Below are positions 1 through 10,927 of a stretch of 64,000 bases of DNA, piece after piece. Numbering within the stretch: the stretch's first letter is position 1; each line of letters opens with the position of its first letter. This DNA comes from Podarcis liolepis. Taxonomy: Eukaryota. The position numbers and the translations under genes were made by a program. The stretch lies in assembly GCA_965112155.1 (NCBI GenBank), contig OZ218099.1; one strand, given 5' to 3'. The notes below the pieces were generated by a model. That model was not told where the DNA came from. It saw only the letters and a list, made by a program, of their open reading frames with translations, and made no database searches.

Positions 1-61
1 AAACCCTTTCGTCTAGCGGGATTCCCGTCTTGCGAGGCATTTGTCTTGCGGGGCACCACTG
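1..61. mobile_element. Right end of a Tc1/mariner (Tigger/pogo-like) MITE, cut by the window edge
   Basis: Ends GGGGCACCACTG followed by TA; resembles the GAGGTACCACTG|TA ends of the other MITEs here. Confidence 0.6.
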
Positions 62-1321
62 TACTGTACAGTCTTGCTTCTTTCTGGGAGGTGTCTTCTT
101 CCATCTTTTTCTTTAAAAAGTTTGTAAACCTTTTAGGACTGGGACTAGCATTCCAGTAGAATGCCCTATACTATACATAGTAGTTATGATGAGGGAATAA
201 TTGAGAGGTCTCTGAACGCTGCTCCACACACACAAAATAAGAATTTTGTTTTCCAAGCCACTCACCTTGTTAGCTGCCCCTCAGTGTTTCATAAAAAGTG
301 TCATTTCAAAGTACAGTGTAATAACTCATGGTTATTATTACTCACAGGACCAAGGCCCTGTGTATTGGGGCTGTGTCCATTTTGAGAGGGTCTAGGTTAA
401 TATTTAAAGTGTTCTGCTTGCTCTTTCATCTTTAAAAACTGGCAGCAGGAGGGGGGTAGGAAACCACTTGCTGTGACAGCAAGGCACTTGTATGGGCCTT
501 GGTGTTTTATGAGCAGGAAGCCAAATTGGATTGGCCAGCTGTCCCTGAGCTCTAATACAGAGCCTTCCCCATCATTCAATCACTGCAGAGCCTCATCTTC
601 CACTTAATATGATCCAGACCTGGGCAGCCCAAATCATGCTGGATTTAAATGCAACAAAATAATATCAGCCTTCCCCTGTTTTCTTTCAATCAATTTTTGA
701 TGGCTTTAGGTAGCCATTAATAGTGATGCAATCTCTGGTTGTAGCAACCTGCTCTTTAATAAGAGGCCTGGAGGAGGGTGAGGCTGCCATCTTCCATACC
801 AATAAAATGCAGGTGAAATGAGAAAAAGAGCTTATGGAACAGCAGGAAATGTTGTAAAGTGTAGCCTTGCCTCCTCCCTGCCCCTTGACATTGGGTGGTG
901 GTGCACTTTGCATCCCATGACTCCCAGGGAGGCCTCTTGGTTCTTTGTAGTGTATTTGCCTCTGCTGAGCATTGAAATGTGTGTCGGAGCGGAAGTGCAA
1001 AGGCACAAAAATGATGCAACCAGCTCAAAGGTTTGTTGAAGCTGGGCTACACACATTTGGGCAGAGAAGCTGGGTTGCTTTCTGTATTGGACCATCATTG
1101 GCCATAAGATGAGAGATGCTGTAACAGCAGCTGGTATTCTGAAAGGTGACACCTCAGAACTGACAGTCTGAAAATGGCCAGTGATTTTATTCTATGTTGC
1201 AGTTTGTTCCTTCACTTTATTCTTGGTATCTGCTTTTCCTAATAAAACTTTACCCTATATTGCACTGTAATTATGCACTGGAGTGTTAAGAGTGAGGAGT
1301 GGGGGTGAAATGACAAACTTT

Positions 1322-1702
1322 GGCCTGCTTCACAGGTAACACTAAACCAAACTATGGCTTTGTGTGAATGAGCCAATGCACAGGCTCCTGGAGAGGAGGT
1401 CACAGCTGCTTTGCTCCTTCTCCAGCCATGGCTTGGCTTAGCATGTTGTCTGGACCTAGAGTTGTGGTTTAGCTTTTTGCATACAAACCATGACCCATAA
1501 CCAAGGTTTGTTCTGGGAGAGATAAACCACAAACCCAGGTTTGGACGACATGTCAAACCAAACTTTGGTTTACCTCAACAGAGGGAATGAGCAGAACAAC
1601 CAGAGAAGGAGGAAAACTACCATGATCTGCCTGGAAGCCTGCATATGCATGTTCACTCATGCTAAGCCATGGTTTGGCTTAGAGTTATGCATAAATGAGG
1701 TC
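1322..1702. mobile_element. Degenerate TIR element (Harbinger-like MITE)
   Basis: Imperfect terminal inverted repeat: taacactaaaccaaactatggctt at left versus aagccatggtttggcttagagtta at right; internal aaccatgg-type repeats. Confidence 0.45.
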
Positions 1703-2822
1703 TCTGTAAAGGTGGTGTTTTTGTTCTGATACTTCTCGTGTATTCTGAAGGGCTCTGGCTTTAGTTGGGGCATCAAGTTGTAAAGGCTAGAGTGTGGACT
1801 TGTTAGGATCAGAAGGCCTGAAACTGACTGATGCACCTATTTCTGTTTTCAAGTAGCAGACCAGAAAGGTAGAGAAATACAGGGAAAGCAAGAGTCAGCG
1901 GCTTACAGATTTGCAGGAGTGGGAGACAGGAGAAGAGTGGAGCCTCATCAGTTTACCACTGGGATCTCTGCCCAGCTTGTTTCTGAGAATCATCATGCTC
2001 TACTCTGCAACCTTGAGAGCTAGGAATTGAGGGGCGGGGGTGATCCATGAAAGCTAAAGTTTTTAATAATTCCATCTTCTGTGGCAAACATATGAAAACC
2101 CTGCATTCACATAGCCCTGGCTATATTCTGTCTTGTTTTCTTTTCCTTGTCTTCCTGTTTCCCCTTCTTTCCCTAAAAAGAAATCTGCTGTCTGTGGTTG
2201 TTTCTGTACAGTGGCCGCCTTCCTCTTTTTTGGTCCTGATCTCAGCCTCCTTCTGTGGGGTTATTTACTCCTGCTTTTATAACTCTGCCTTCAAATATAA
2301 ACAGTGATAGACTACAAATACATTAAAAAGGCGATCTGGCAAGTTCTGCCAAGGGAACATTGCTTCCCTTCAGCAGTATTTATCTATAGCTCTATTTGCA
2401 TGACATCGATCTCCCGCTTCTCATTTGCTTAATCTAGCATCTTCCTTTGCTCTTGCTCCCTCCTTCCTTTCTGCAGTTTATTGCCATTATTTGTAGGGTC
2501 TGGTTTAGACTGCAAATTCTTTGTGATCAGGAGCCTCAGTTTTAACCGGGCTGTAAAACTGTGATTCCAAATTGCTGGGTTACAACAGCCCTGTGGCAGG
2601 TTGCCAGGCCATCAGAATTGGGCGGGATGGGGGGGTGGGATGTAAGGGGCAATGTGTAATAGAGGACTCAGCAGCATTAGTCTGAGGTTTGTAGTTGGAA
2701 GCCAAATGAAAGCAAAATGCTGTTGCTGCCTTTTTTGTTTTGAATGTTTTAAAGCTGTGTGAATATTTGAAGTGCTGTGAATGAAGCTTCTGACAAACTT
2801 TTACCATAACAAAAGTTAGCAA

Positions 2823-2825
<3 letters not shown>

Positions 2826-2859
<34 letters not shown>
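2826..2859. repeat. (AT)17 microsatellite
   Basis: Seen directly. Confidence 0.95.
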
Positions 2860-2861
<2 letters not shown>

Positions 2862-3944
2862 AGGAGGGAATTTTTGCAATTGCAATCTTCACCAAACGGA
2901 TCAGAGTCTGTGCTGGTTGACTTCATAGATTAAAAGTTTATAATCACACGGGACTTGTAACACCACTTCATGTGCCTTGGGACGACTGTGCATGTGGCCT
3001 ATCTAGAGCAGTGCATTAAAAGGGAACTAAAATGCACAGAATGCAAGAGATTGTTAGGATGAATGTGTTATAATGTTGTGATTTGACATATCAAGACCCT
3101 GTCAAGGAGCATCTGGTTGCCAGAGGCAGGCCTGGAAGGCTCATTAAAATCCTAGTAGCTGTTGGGACTGACCACCTGGAGGTGGGATGGAGATGAGAGC
3201 AGCAAACTCTTTAGAGAACTCCGCATGTGGGCCTGAGCTACCAAGGCGCTGGCGCAGTTTTCAGGTGGAATTCTGTGACAGCCACGTTAATGACAAAAGG
3301 ATTAACTGTGATTTGGTAGAAAATAACTTCAGTCACCTGAGCTAGTAAAGAGGGACGAGAGGCCTGCAGCTAAAAAACTGGCTGCTATTTCAAATCAAAT
3401 TATGAACTTCAGACTTCCCTATCTCTCTCTGTCTCTTACAGCTCCATATTCAGCTTTCCCCTCTGCCCATTCTCTTTCCCACCTAACTTTCCCACCTAAC
3501 TCTCAGGGCCCTCTATCTGGCCTTTCCCCCTTCTTTTTAGACCAGCCCTCCAGTACAACTGCCACCAGCTTCAGCCAGGATGGGAGTGGTGGAAGTTGAG
3601 AGTCCAAAACAACTGGAAAACACTAGGCTGGTGAAGACTGGCAAGACCTGTTCAGGCTTCCAACCCTTGGTGGCCAGTGACCTTCTGCCTGCCCACCCTA
3701 CCCAGTAATATTAAGGCAACTCAGCCAGTTGGTACCAGAAGCTTTTGTACTACCATCAGGGCATCTTGTGAGTGCATTGCAATATAGATTGTCATGTGGC
3801 CTTAGCAGAGGCTAGAGGTGGGCATGGGGATCTGTGCTTGTAATAACTGCATTGTCTCAGCAAGATAATCACACATAATTTCCCGCAAATGCAGCACTGT
3901 GACAGAAGGCGGCACACCCATTGGACTCCTCACCCTATATCAGA

Positions 3945-4150
3945 GACCATTGGAAGAAGTATTTTAACAGTAAGGGAAGTTCAGCAATGGAACCAACCAA
4001 TGGAACCAACCAGGTGGTTGTGGGCTCTGCTTCACTGGAGGCCTTTCAGCAGAGGCTGGGCAGCCATGTGTTGGGGACATCCTGGCTCTGGGTTTCCAGC
4101 ACTGAGAGATGCCTTGGATTTGATGGCCCGCAAGGCCCCTTCCAGCTATG
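3945..4150 (+). mobile_element. Old CR1 LINE 3' fragment
   Basis: Degenerate CR1 C-terminal motif (LTVREVQQWN; SASLEAFQQRL) and tail ttggatttgatggcc...ggccccttcca; internal 13-bp tandem duplication caatggaaccaac. Confidence 0.7.
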
Positions 4151-4324
4151 TGCTAAACGTGCAAGGATTCCCTTTGGTTTAGTAGTTGGCAATAGAAGAG
4201 GGAATTTTTTCAGGTGTGAAGTTTAGTAGTGCCAGTAGCCCCCCACCCCATTCCCAGGATCATTATGAAGGCTAATAGAGTTCCTTCTTTCAGTTGTTCA
4301 AGTAGGTTCTGCCAACCTAGCAGA

Positions 4325-4700
4325 GGGACACAGGTGGTGCTGTGGTCTAAACCACTGAGCATCTTGAGCTTGCCGATCGGAAGGTTGGTGGTTTGAATCT
4401 GTGTGACGGGGTGAGCTGCCATTGCTCTGTCCCAGCTTCTGCCAACCTAGCAGTTTGATTGCACACCAGTGCAAGTAGATAAATAGGTACCACTGCGGCA
4501 AGAAGGTAAATGGCATTTCCGTGCACTCTGGCTTCTGTCACGGTGTCCCATTGCACCAGAAGTGGTTTAGGCATGCTGGCCACATGACCCAGAAAGCTGT
4601 CTGTGGACAAGCGCTGGCTCCCTCGGCCTGAAGCGAGATGAGTGCCACACCCCATAGTCGCCTTTGACTGGACTTAACCATCCAGAGGTCCTTTACCTTA
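4325..4700 (+). mobile_element. Near full-length Sauria SINE (Squam1 type; tRNA head, Bov-B-related 3' end)
   Basis: 5' gggacacaggtggtgctgtggtctaaacc; body gccaacctagcagtt, gtgcaagtagataaataggtacc, catgctggccacatgacc; CCTTTACCTT tail. Confidence 0.88.
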
Positions 4701-5272
4701 GTTCATTGAGAAAGCTATTACTTGAAAAGGCTTGAAAAGCTACTAACTTTTCAAGTAGTAGCTTTCTCAATGAGTTAAGGGAGAGGAGATCCTGTCCTTG
4801 CAAATTGCCTCTCTATGCGTGAGGCTGCCTGTCTTCGGCACAATCTTGAAGGGTACCTGTAACGTACCTGTGGTTCATTACTCTGATATTAATAATGGAA
4901 GTGCTATTATTTAGGCAGTGCAATTGAGTTGTTAAGCTTTCCTTGGTGCTTGGCAATCTGCACCCTGCTGCTTGTAGGGATAAGATTAGCTACTTAGCTC
5001 AATCAAGGTGTTACAAACCAACTTGATGGAAATCAGTCAGCCAGATTATATTGAATGGGACAGACTTCCCGCCTGCCACAAAACTCCATTATGACAGAGG
5101 AGCACCCTGTGTAAGGAACCCAGGTCTCTGGCATCCCGGGGTTCTGTTTTCTTGCGGAAGCGGAGGGACTGGGTTTCCTCAGAAGAGAAACAGAAAAGAT
5201 GGACTCAGAACTCTAGGAAGAGCCCCGTTCAAAGAGGGGGTGGGGGAAGAGAAAACACAAAGAAAGGATCAT

Positions 5273-5390
5273 CTCCGTTGGTAGAACACAAGACTCTTAA
5301 TCTCAGATTAATTGGGCAAAAGATTACTGCATTGCAGGGGGTTGGACTAGATGACCCTTGTGATCCCTTCCAACTCTGCAATTCTATGAT
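5273..5390 (+). mobile_element. tRNA-Lys-derived SINE with CR1-type tail (internally deleted head)
   Basis: ggtagaacacaagactcttaatctcag (tRNA-Lys CTT-like), then ggggttggactagatgacc...cccttccaactct...attctatgat. Confidence 0.75.
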
Positions 5391-5489
5391 CTTGCACTTA
5401 AATGCCAGAGACTCAGGGACTGGAACCAGGAGACTCAGTCTGGGGAAGTGAACTAGACTGATGAGCCACCACAGGTTGTGTATCCTGAG

Positions 5490-5579
5490 CATAGCTGTCA
5501 ACATTTCCCTTTTTTAAAGGGAAATTCCCTGATTCCGAATAGGATTCTTCGCAAGAAAAGGGAAAAGTTGACAGCTATG
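5490..5579. mobile_element. 90-bp foldback MITE, probably hAT
   Basis: 24-bp TIR with 1 mismatch (catagctgtcaacatttccctttt / aaaagggaaaagttgacagctatg); 8-bp flanks atcctgag / accctgaa (6/8 match). Confidence 0.75.
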
Positions 5580-6870
5580 ACCCTGAAAGACCTTTCCAGG
5601 CACAGAACAGGAATGAGCGGTTAGAAGGCAGTATGGAACCTTTGGGTTGGCCATGCCTAGAATCATTTCTCAAAGTGACAGACCCAAGGTCATCCAGAAA
5701 GCTTTATCCATATTGGGTTTTGCATCTGCCTGGCCAACAGACCCATGTATTTTCTTTCTTTGTTCAAAGCCCTTGAGAAGTCGGGGACCGGCAAGACCTG
5801 GTTAAAATATTAAAGCAGAGTGTTGCCATCTGAAACAATGGGAGTACTATTGTGGTACCCAACCAATTTCAGTTCTCTTCTGAGCCAGGTCTAATTGTAG
5901 GACCCATGGCTTATCACAGAAATCAACTTCTTAACCACTTGATCCTTTAATTGTACAGTTGCTCTGCTTTATTTAGACTAATGGCAACATTATCCCTATC
6001 TACATATGCTGTGTGAATCCACACACAGAATTTGGAAGTGTGTGTACACACAGCACTCCTTCACCCCAGGTCTCATCTTTGCCATATCAGTGAGTAAGGC
6101 TGCAGTCCCACTTACCTGGGAGTAAGCCCTACTGAGTTCAGTAGAACATACATCTGCCTAAGTCTGTAGTGCAGCGCTGTGATTTGGGTTTCGGGCAGGG
6201 ATTAATTTAGTCCCTTTGGCTGGCAAGCTTTGGGAGTTGGTGTTGTTTCTGGTGGGAATAGGGGTTATGAGTTCTGTTTGTGAAACAAACAGCAAGGGCA
6301 GCTGCAACCTGGCACCTGCTCAGCTGGAAAGAGTTGCGTGGGCTGGTTAGAATTGCACTTACTATCTCGAACGCAAGCCAAGACCTTGCTTGAATTACTC
6401 CCATGCATGCCAGAGAAGAGTTAACAGGAATGCTGCTCTCAGGATGCTGTTAAAAGGCTGCACTTTGGTTTTTCCTGTACTGCTTGCTGGTCACAAGCAT
6501 GCTCATAAACGTCCTGCTCTGATAATGGGGAAGCGTCTGCTGTCAGATGTCCAAGGTTGGAGGAGGAAAGGATGCTTGTATACACAATCAATATTTTTGC
6601 ATGGTACGTGGGACTGATGTTTCTGCCCATTCTAAGATTTTCCTGAGTCCCCTTATAGCTCACATGGAGCTTTGCCAATTGCCTTACTGATGTTGGTTTG
6701 AGCTCTTCTTGTCTTGGTTGTGGTGTGCATTGGCACAAGTGGAACAGAGGTCTCTCTGACCTTTCCCCATCTATGTACTGGATTCTCCTCCCTGTAACTG
6801 GAGAGAAATCAAGCACAATGGAGTACTCTTTTTTTATGCTCATGGATCTCTGCAATGAAAGGGAGCATCT

Positions 6871-7003
6871 TAGAACATGAGCTTCTTAATCTCAGGGTCA
6901 TGGGTTCAAGCCCGACCTCGGGGCAAAAGATTCCTGCATTGCAGGGGTTGGACTAGATGACCCTCGTGGTCCCTTCCAACTCTACAAATATATGATTCTG
7001 TGA
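6871..7003 (+). mobile_element. tRNA-Lys-derived SINE with CR1-type tail
   Basis: tagaacatgagcttcttaatctcagggtcatgggttcaagccc (tRNA-Lys-like, B box), then CR1 tail ggggttggactagatgacc...ggtcccttccaactcta...atgattctgtga. Confidence 0.8.
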
Positions 7004-7060
7004 AATCTGTATGCCTTATTGGCCTTCTAGTGGGAAGGGCCTGCCTATTTTGGAAGTATA

Positions 7061-7286
7061 CAGTGGTACCTCGGGTTACATACGCTTCAGGTTACAGACT
7101 CCGCTATCCCAGAAATAGTACCTCAGGTTAAGAACTTTGCTTCAGGATGAGAACAGAAATTGTGCTCCGGCGGCGCAGCAGCAGCAGTAGGCCCCATTAG
7201 CTAAAGTGGTGCTTCAGGTTAAAAACAGTTTCAGGTTAAGAACGGACCTCCGGAACGAATTAAGTACTTAACCCGAGGTACCACTG
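7061..7286. mobile_element. Tc1/mariner (Tigger-like) MITE, 226 bp
   Basis: Perfect 18-bp TIR cagtggtacctcgggtta / taacccgaggtaccactg, flanked by TA on both sides. Confidence 0.9.
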
Positions 7287-9116
7287 TATTGTAGTTTGAG
7301 GGATTGGTACAGGTAGATCTCATCACATGCAGGGGTTACATTCTGAGCTACTGCACATAGAGGCAAAATTGTGTGAAGCCAGAACTGCCCCATGTGACCA
7401 TCCCTACCTATCTGAAGCTGGTGTTGAGTGGGCCTTCCCAAGAGGAAGCTCTTTTTAAACCCCTCACCTTGCTTATCAGGCTTTGGGAAGGTTGAGCTAG
7501 GGCTCCCATTAGATTTTGGATCTGTCCCCCCCCCCCATTAATTTTCAGCAATCCACATAAAGCTGCAATCGCATATGTGAAATCAGCACAAATGTGATCT
7601 AGTAATCTATTTGTACTGTACAGATTCCATACAGAAGTGCTTCTTACAGGGACAATCAGTGCAGTGATGTTTGCAGTGTGTCTACCCAACCAGGTTTGTC
7701 AGTGGGTTGCCTCCAGAACGTCAGTTTATTGTGGAGGGATTCAAGCTCACACCAAGAAATTTAGTTTTGCTCAGTTAAAGTGCATGAAAGTGATCCGCCG
7801 CCTTAGCACAATAAATTCACTTTGAAAAAGAAACGAAACAGACTTCTTGCGGTTAGGAATGTGACAAGAAAACGCATTGAAAAGTGTGGGATGGAGAAAT
7901 GTCTAATGAGAAGACATCTGAACACCCAGTAAGCAAATCAAGATGAATGCAGGATGAATACTCATTGCTGCATAACCCTCCCGCAAACAGACGGGGACAA
8001 ATGCTCAATAAGCAGCCTCTGCACAAGCTTTTTGCAAGTAAATCAGGATGAATGCTCAATAAATAGGTTGTCTGGAGGAGCCCAACTTCTGTGGGTTATT
8101 ACTACTGCTGCCTCTCCCAAACAAAGGGGTTCTTTTGCCAGGGGTGTGTCAGCCACACCCTTGCCTACTTTTCCAGCAAAAAGGCTGTCACTTTTAGTAG
8201 CTTTTAAAAATTTTATTTTGTCCAGGGACTGTAGCCTTTTATATGCCAGGTCAGGCTAATTTTTTTTTGCAGCTGTTGCTAGTCTCCTCAAAGCACAGTC
8301 TGGTGCACCCTGGAGCAAGGATGCCAGGCACACTGTTGGGATTCCTGTTCTGCATTGAGATGTTGTCGCATAATCCTAGTAGAGCCAAGGAGTTGCCCGG
8401 GGTAATTTTTTTCTATTAGTGCCACTCCCTGTAGGGAATTCTAGACACTTGACGCTTGCCAGAGGATTTCCCTGTGCAGCTTGACTGAGCCAAGATACCA
8501 AGTGAGGGGCTGGTTCCCTGCCTTGTCTTTAGAGCGTTTTATCTGACGGGTCTCTATATAAAACAGGACACTTTAGCTCGTGCACAGTAGTTGTCCTTTT
8601 TAATCTGCAAAGTGCTTACGTATTTAGGATACCGTAACTTCGATTGCTACTTCTGTTTAGCATTTGCTCATGGCAGCAGCATTCCAAGCGTTGCACAAAA
8701 CGTTACAGAGTTTTGGTCCTGCTCAGATGGCTTACAAACTTTAGGGCCACACTTGATGTGATGGTAAATGCCTGGCAGCCGCCTGAAACAACACAAGTGA
8801 CACCTACTAGACTAGAGCTTCCTTCATGTGGCGACACCCCAACAGCCTGCGTTTTCAGAATCCCCATCTCCACATCATTGGTTGCTTGTGGCAGCAGCAG
8901 GTATGTGGAACCTTGTGACCTCAGTTCAGTCAACTAAATTTTGTGTAGTGGAAGGAGAGGGCCAGGCATGTCATTGCTGTGTGTGGTAGATTGCTGGGTC
9001 CCCCTGGGTGGGGAGCTCCATGATCTAGGCTGTGCTGAGGAGATGGCCTGGCCCCCTTTCCTCGCACTCTGTACTATAAGAGGCAGCAGGATATCACCTG
9101 CTACAAGAAACTGTCC

Positions 9117-9355
9117 AAACTACAAGAAAGAAGATTCCACCTAAACATTAGGAAGAACTTCCTGACAGTAAGAGCTGTTCAACAGTGGAATTTGCTGCCA
9201 AGGAGTGTGGTGGAGTCTCCTTCTTTGGAGGTCTTTAAGCAGAGGCTTGACAACCATATGTCAGGAGTGCTCTGATGGTGTTTCCTGCTTGGCAGGGGGT
9301 TGGACTCAATGGCCCTTGTGGTCTATTCCAACTCTATGATTCTATGATTCTATGA
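9117..9355 (+). mobile_element. CR1 LINE 3' end (5'-truncated)
   Basis: Encodes CR1 ORF2 C-terminus KLQERRFHLNIRKNFLTVRAVQQWNLLPRSVVESPSLEVFKQRLDNHMSGVL*; ends in the (ATTCTATG)n tail. Confidence 0.92.
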
Positions 9356-10791
9356 CCTTGCCTGATGACTAGTGTGCAGCAATGCTCATGCACGAAGAGA
9401 TTCCCCCCCCCTGATATCCTAGTCTCATACCATTTGGGGCCTGATAAATAGCACTTAGAATTGCACCTGGAAGCATATGAGGAACCAATTGGTATTGTGG
9501 GTGAATGACTGGATTCCCATCAGCAAAATAGCCGCTGTGTTGCAATTGAAGCTCCCGGTAACTAACTTTTCAAAGTCTATGTTGTGTAGATGTCAATATG
9601 TCAGTGGGCAAGGATGAAGAGCTTGTGTACACAAAACCCATGCTTGGGTGGCCACGGTGTGGATCCACTTGCAGAAGCTGGAGCTCTGGGTGCCTCAGTG
9701 TGGTGTGGTGTGGTGTGTGCTCTAGTTGTGTGAGTCTTACCAATTCTGCTGACAGTGAATGGGAGTGGTTCTGCAGGAGGAAGGTAATGTGACAGCAGAA
9801 GTCGTGTGGTTACGAGCATCTGCCCTCAGTGGTGCCAACAAATTCCTTGAAGGCATTCCTTGCTACTTTGGAAACCTGACAGGCTCACTTATGTTTTGCA
9901 GTACAGCGTCACACAGTGTGGTGCGGTGACTGGAATTGTGGGTGTGGAACACCAGGTTAAATTGCTACTTGGTTATGAAAGTCTTCAGAGAGCTCTGGGC
10001 AAGTTACAGTCTCTCATTCTAACCTATCTCATGGAGTTGTTGAGAGGCTAAATGCTACCCTGAGTAGGGTGAGATGCAGTGTAATAAATAAAATTAACAA
10101 CTAAACGGCATGGTGGGTGGTATTGAATGTGGGACGTTTCCTTTGTTCTCTGTAACTGCCTGGAGTTTGGATCTGATGTTCTTGAAGGCGTAGTTTTAAT
10201 AGTTTCTGAGACACGGTAAGGACGCAAGGAAGGAAGGAGCTTTGCTATTAGAGTTCTTGCAGCAGACATCTGTCACTGCAGACAGGAGAGGGATGTGACT
10301 CTCTTCTGGCTGTTTCGGGGTGACGAACGAGTCTGATCATCCCTGTCGCGGGTGTCTATAAATCTTTGGCTGTTGGTAAATGAGCTCCACCTCTTGTAGA
10401 GGCAATCCTTCCCTGTAGCAATTTGGGTAAATAAAAGAGCAGGAGTGATGCAGGACGGAGAGTAGCAAATGGATTTCAACGGGATATCGCTTTGCAAGGC
10501 TGAGGCGGAAAGTGCAGCTTTATCACCAAATCCTTCTTGTGTAGTATCATCTAACCAATTCTTTGCTTGGAGCTTCTGTCCCTAGAAGAGACATCCTGCT
10601 TGCAGTTTTGTGTGTGTGTGTGTGTTTTGTTAGTAAGAAGGATACCTTTTATGAGAATGGGGTGGTGGTGGGAAGACACTAGCTGTTGCTGAATACCACC
10701 TATGATCACTGCTTGGGAAATGATTCCCAGCATATCTGGCTCAGCAGGCAAGTGGCTGATGGTTTAACATGAATTTAAGTATTTAGAGTAT

Positions 10792-10927
10792 AGAAGCAGC
10801 TTAGTCATGCTGGCCACATGACCCAGAAGCTGTACGATGGCTCCCTCGGCCAGTAAAGCGAGATGAGCGCCGCAACCCCAGAGTTGTCCGTGACTGGACC
10901 TAACGGTCAGGGGTCCCTTTACCTTTT
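10792..10927 (+). mobile_element. 5'-truncated Sauria SINE
   Basis: gtcatgctggccacatgaccc...ggctccctcggcc...gcgagatgagcgcc...ggggtccctttaccttt; homologous to 4560-4700. Confidence 0.85.

Noticed and set aside
6871-6930. tRNA-Lys gene (likewise the heads at 5273, 19528 and 52562)
   Set aside because: Truncated or degenerate cloverleafs fused to retroposon tails; these are SINE heads.
8555-8563. TATA box tatataaaa
   Set aside because: No supporting CpG island or exon structure; expected by chance in 64 kb.
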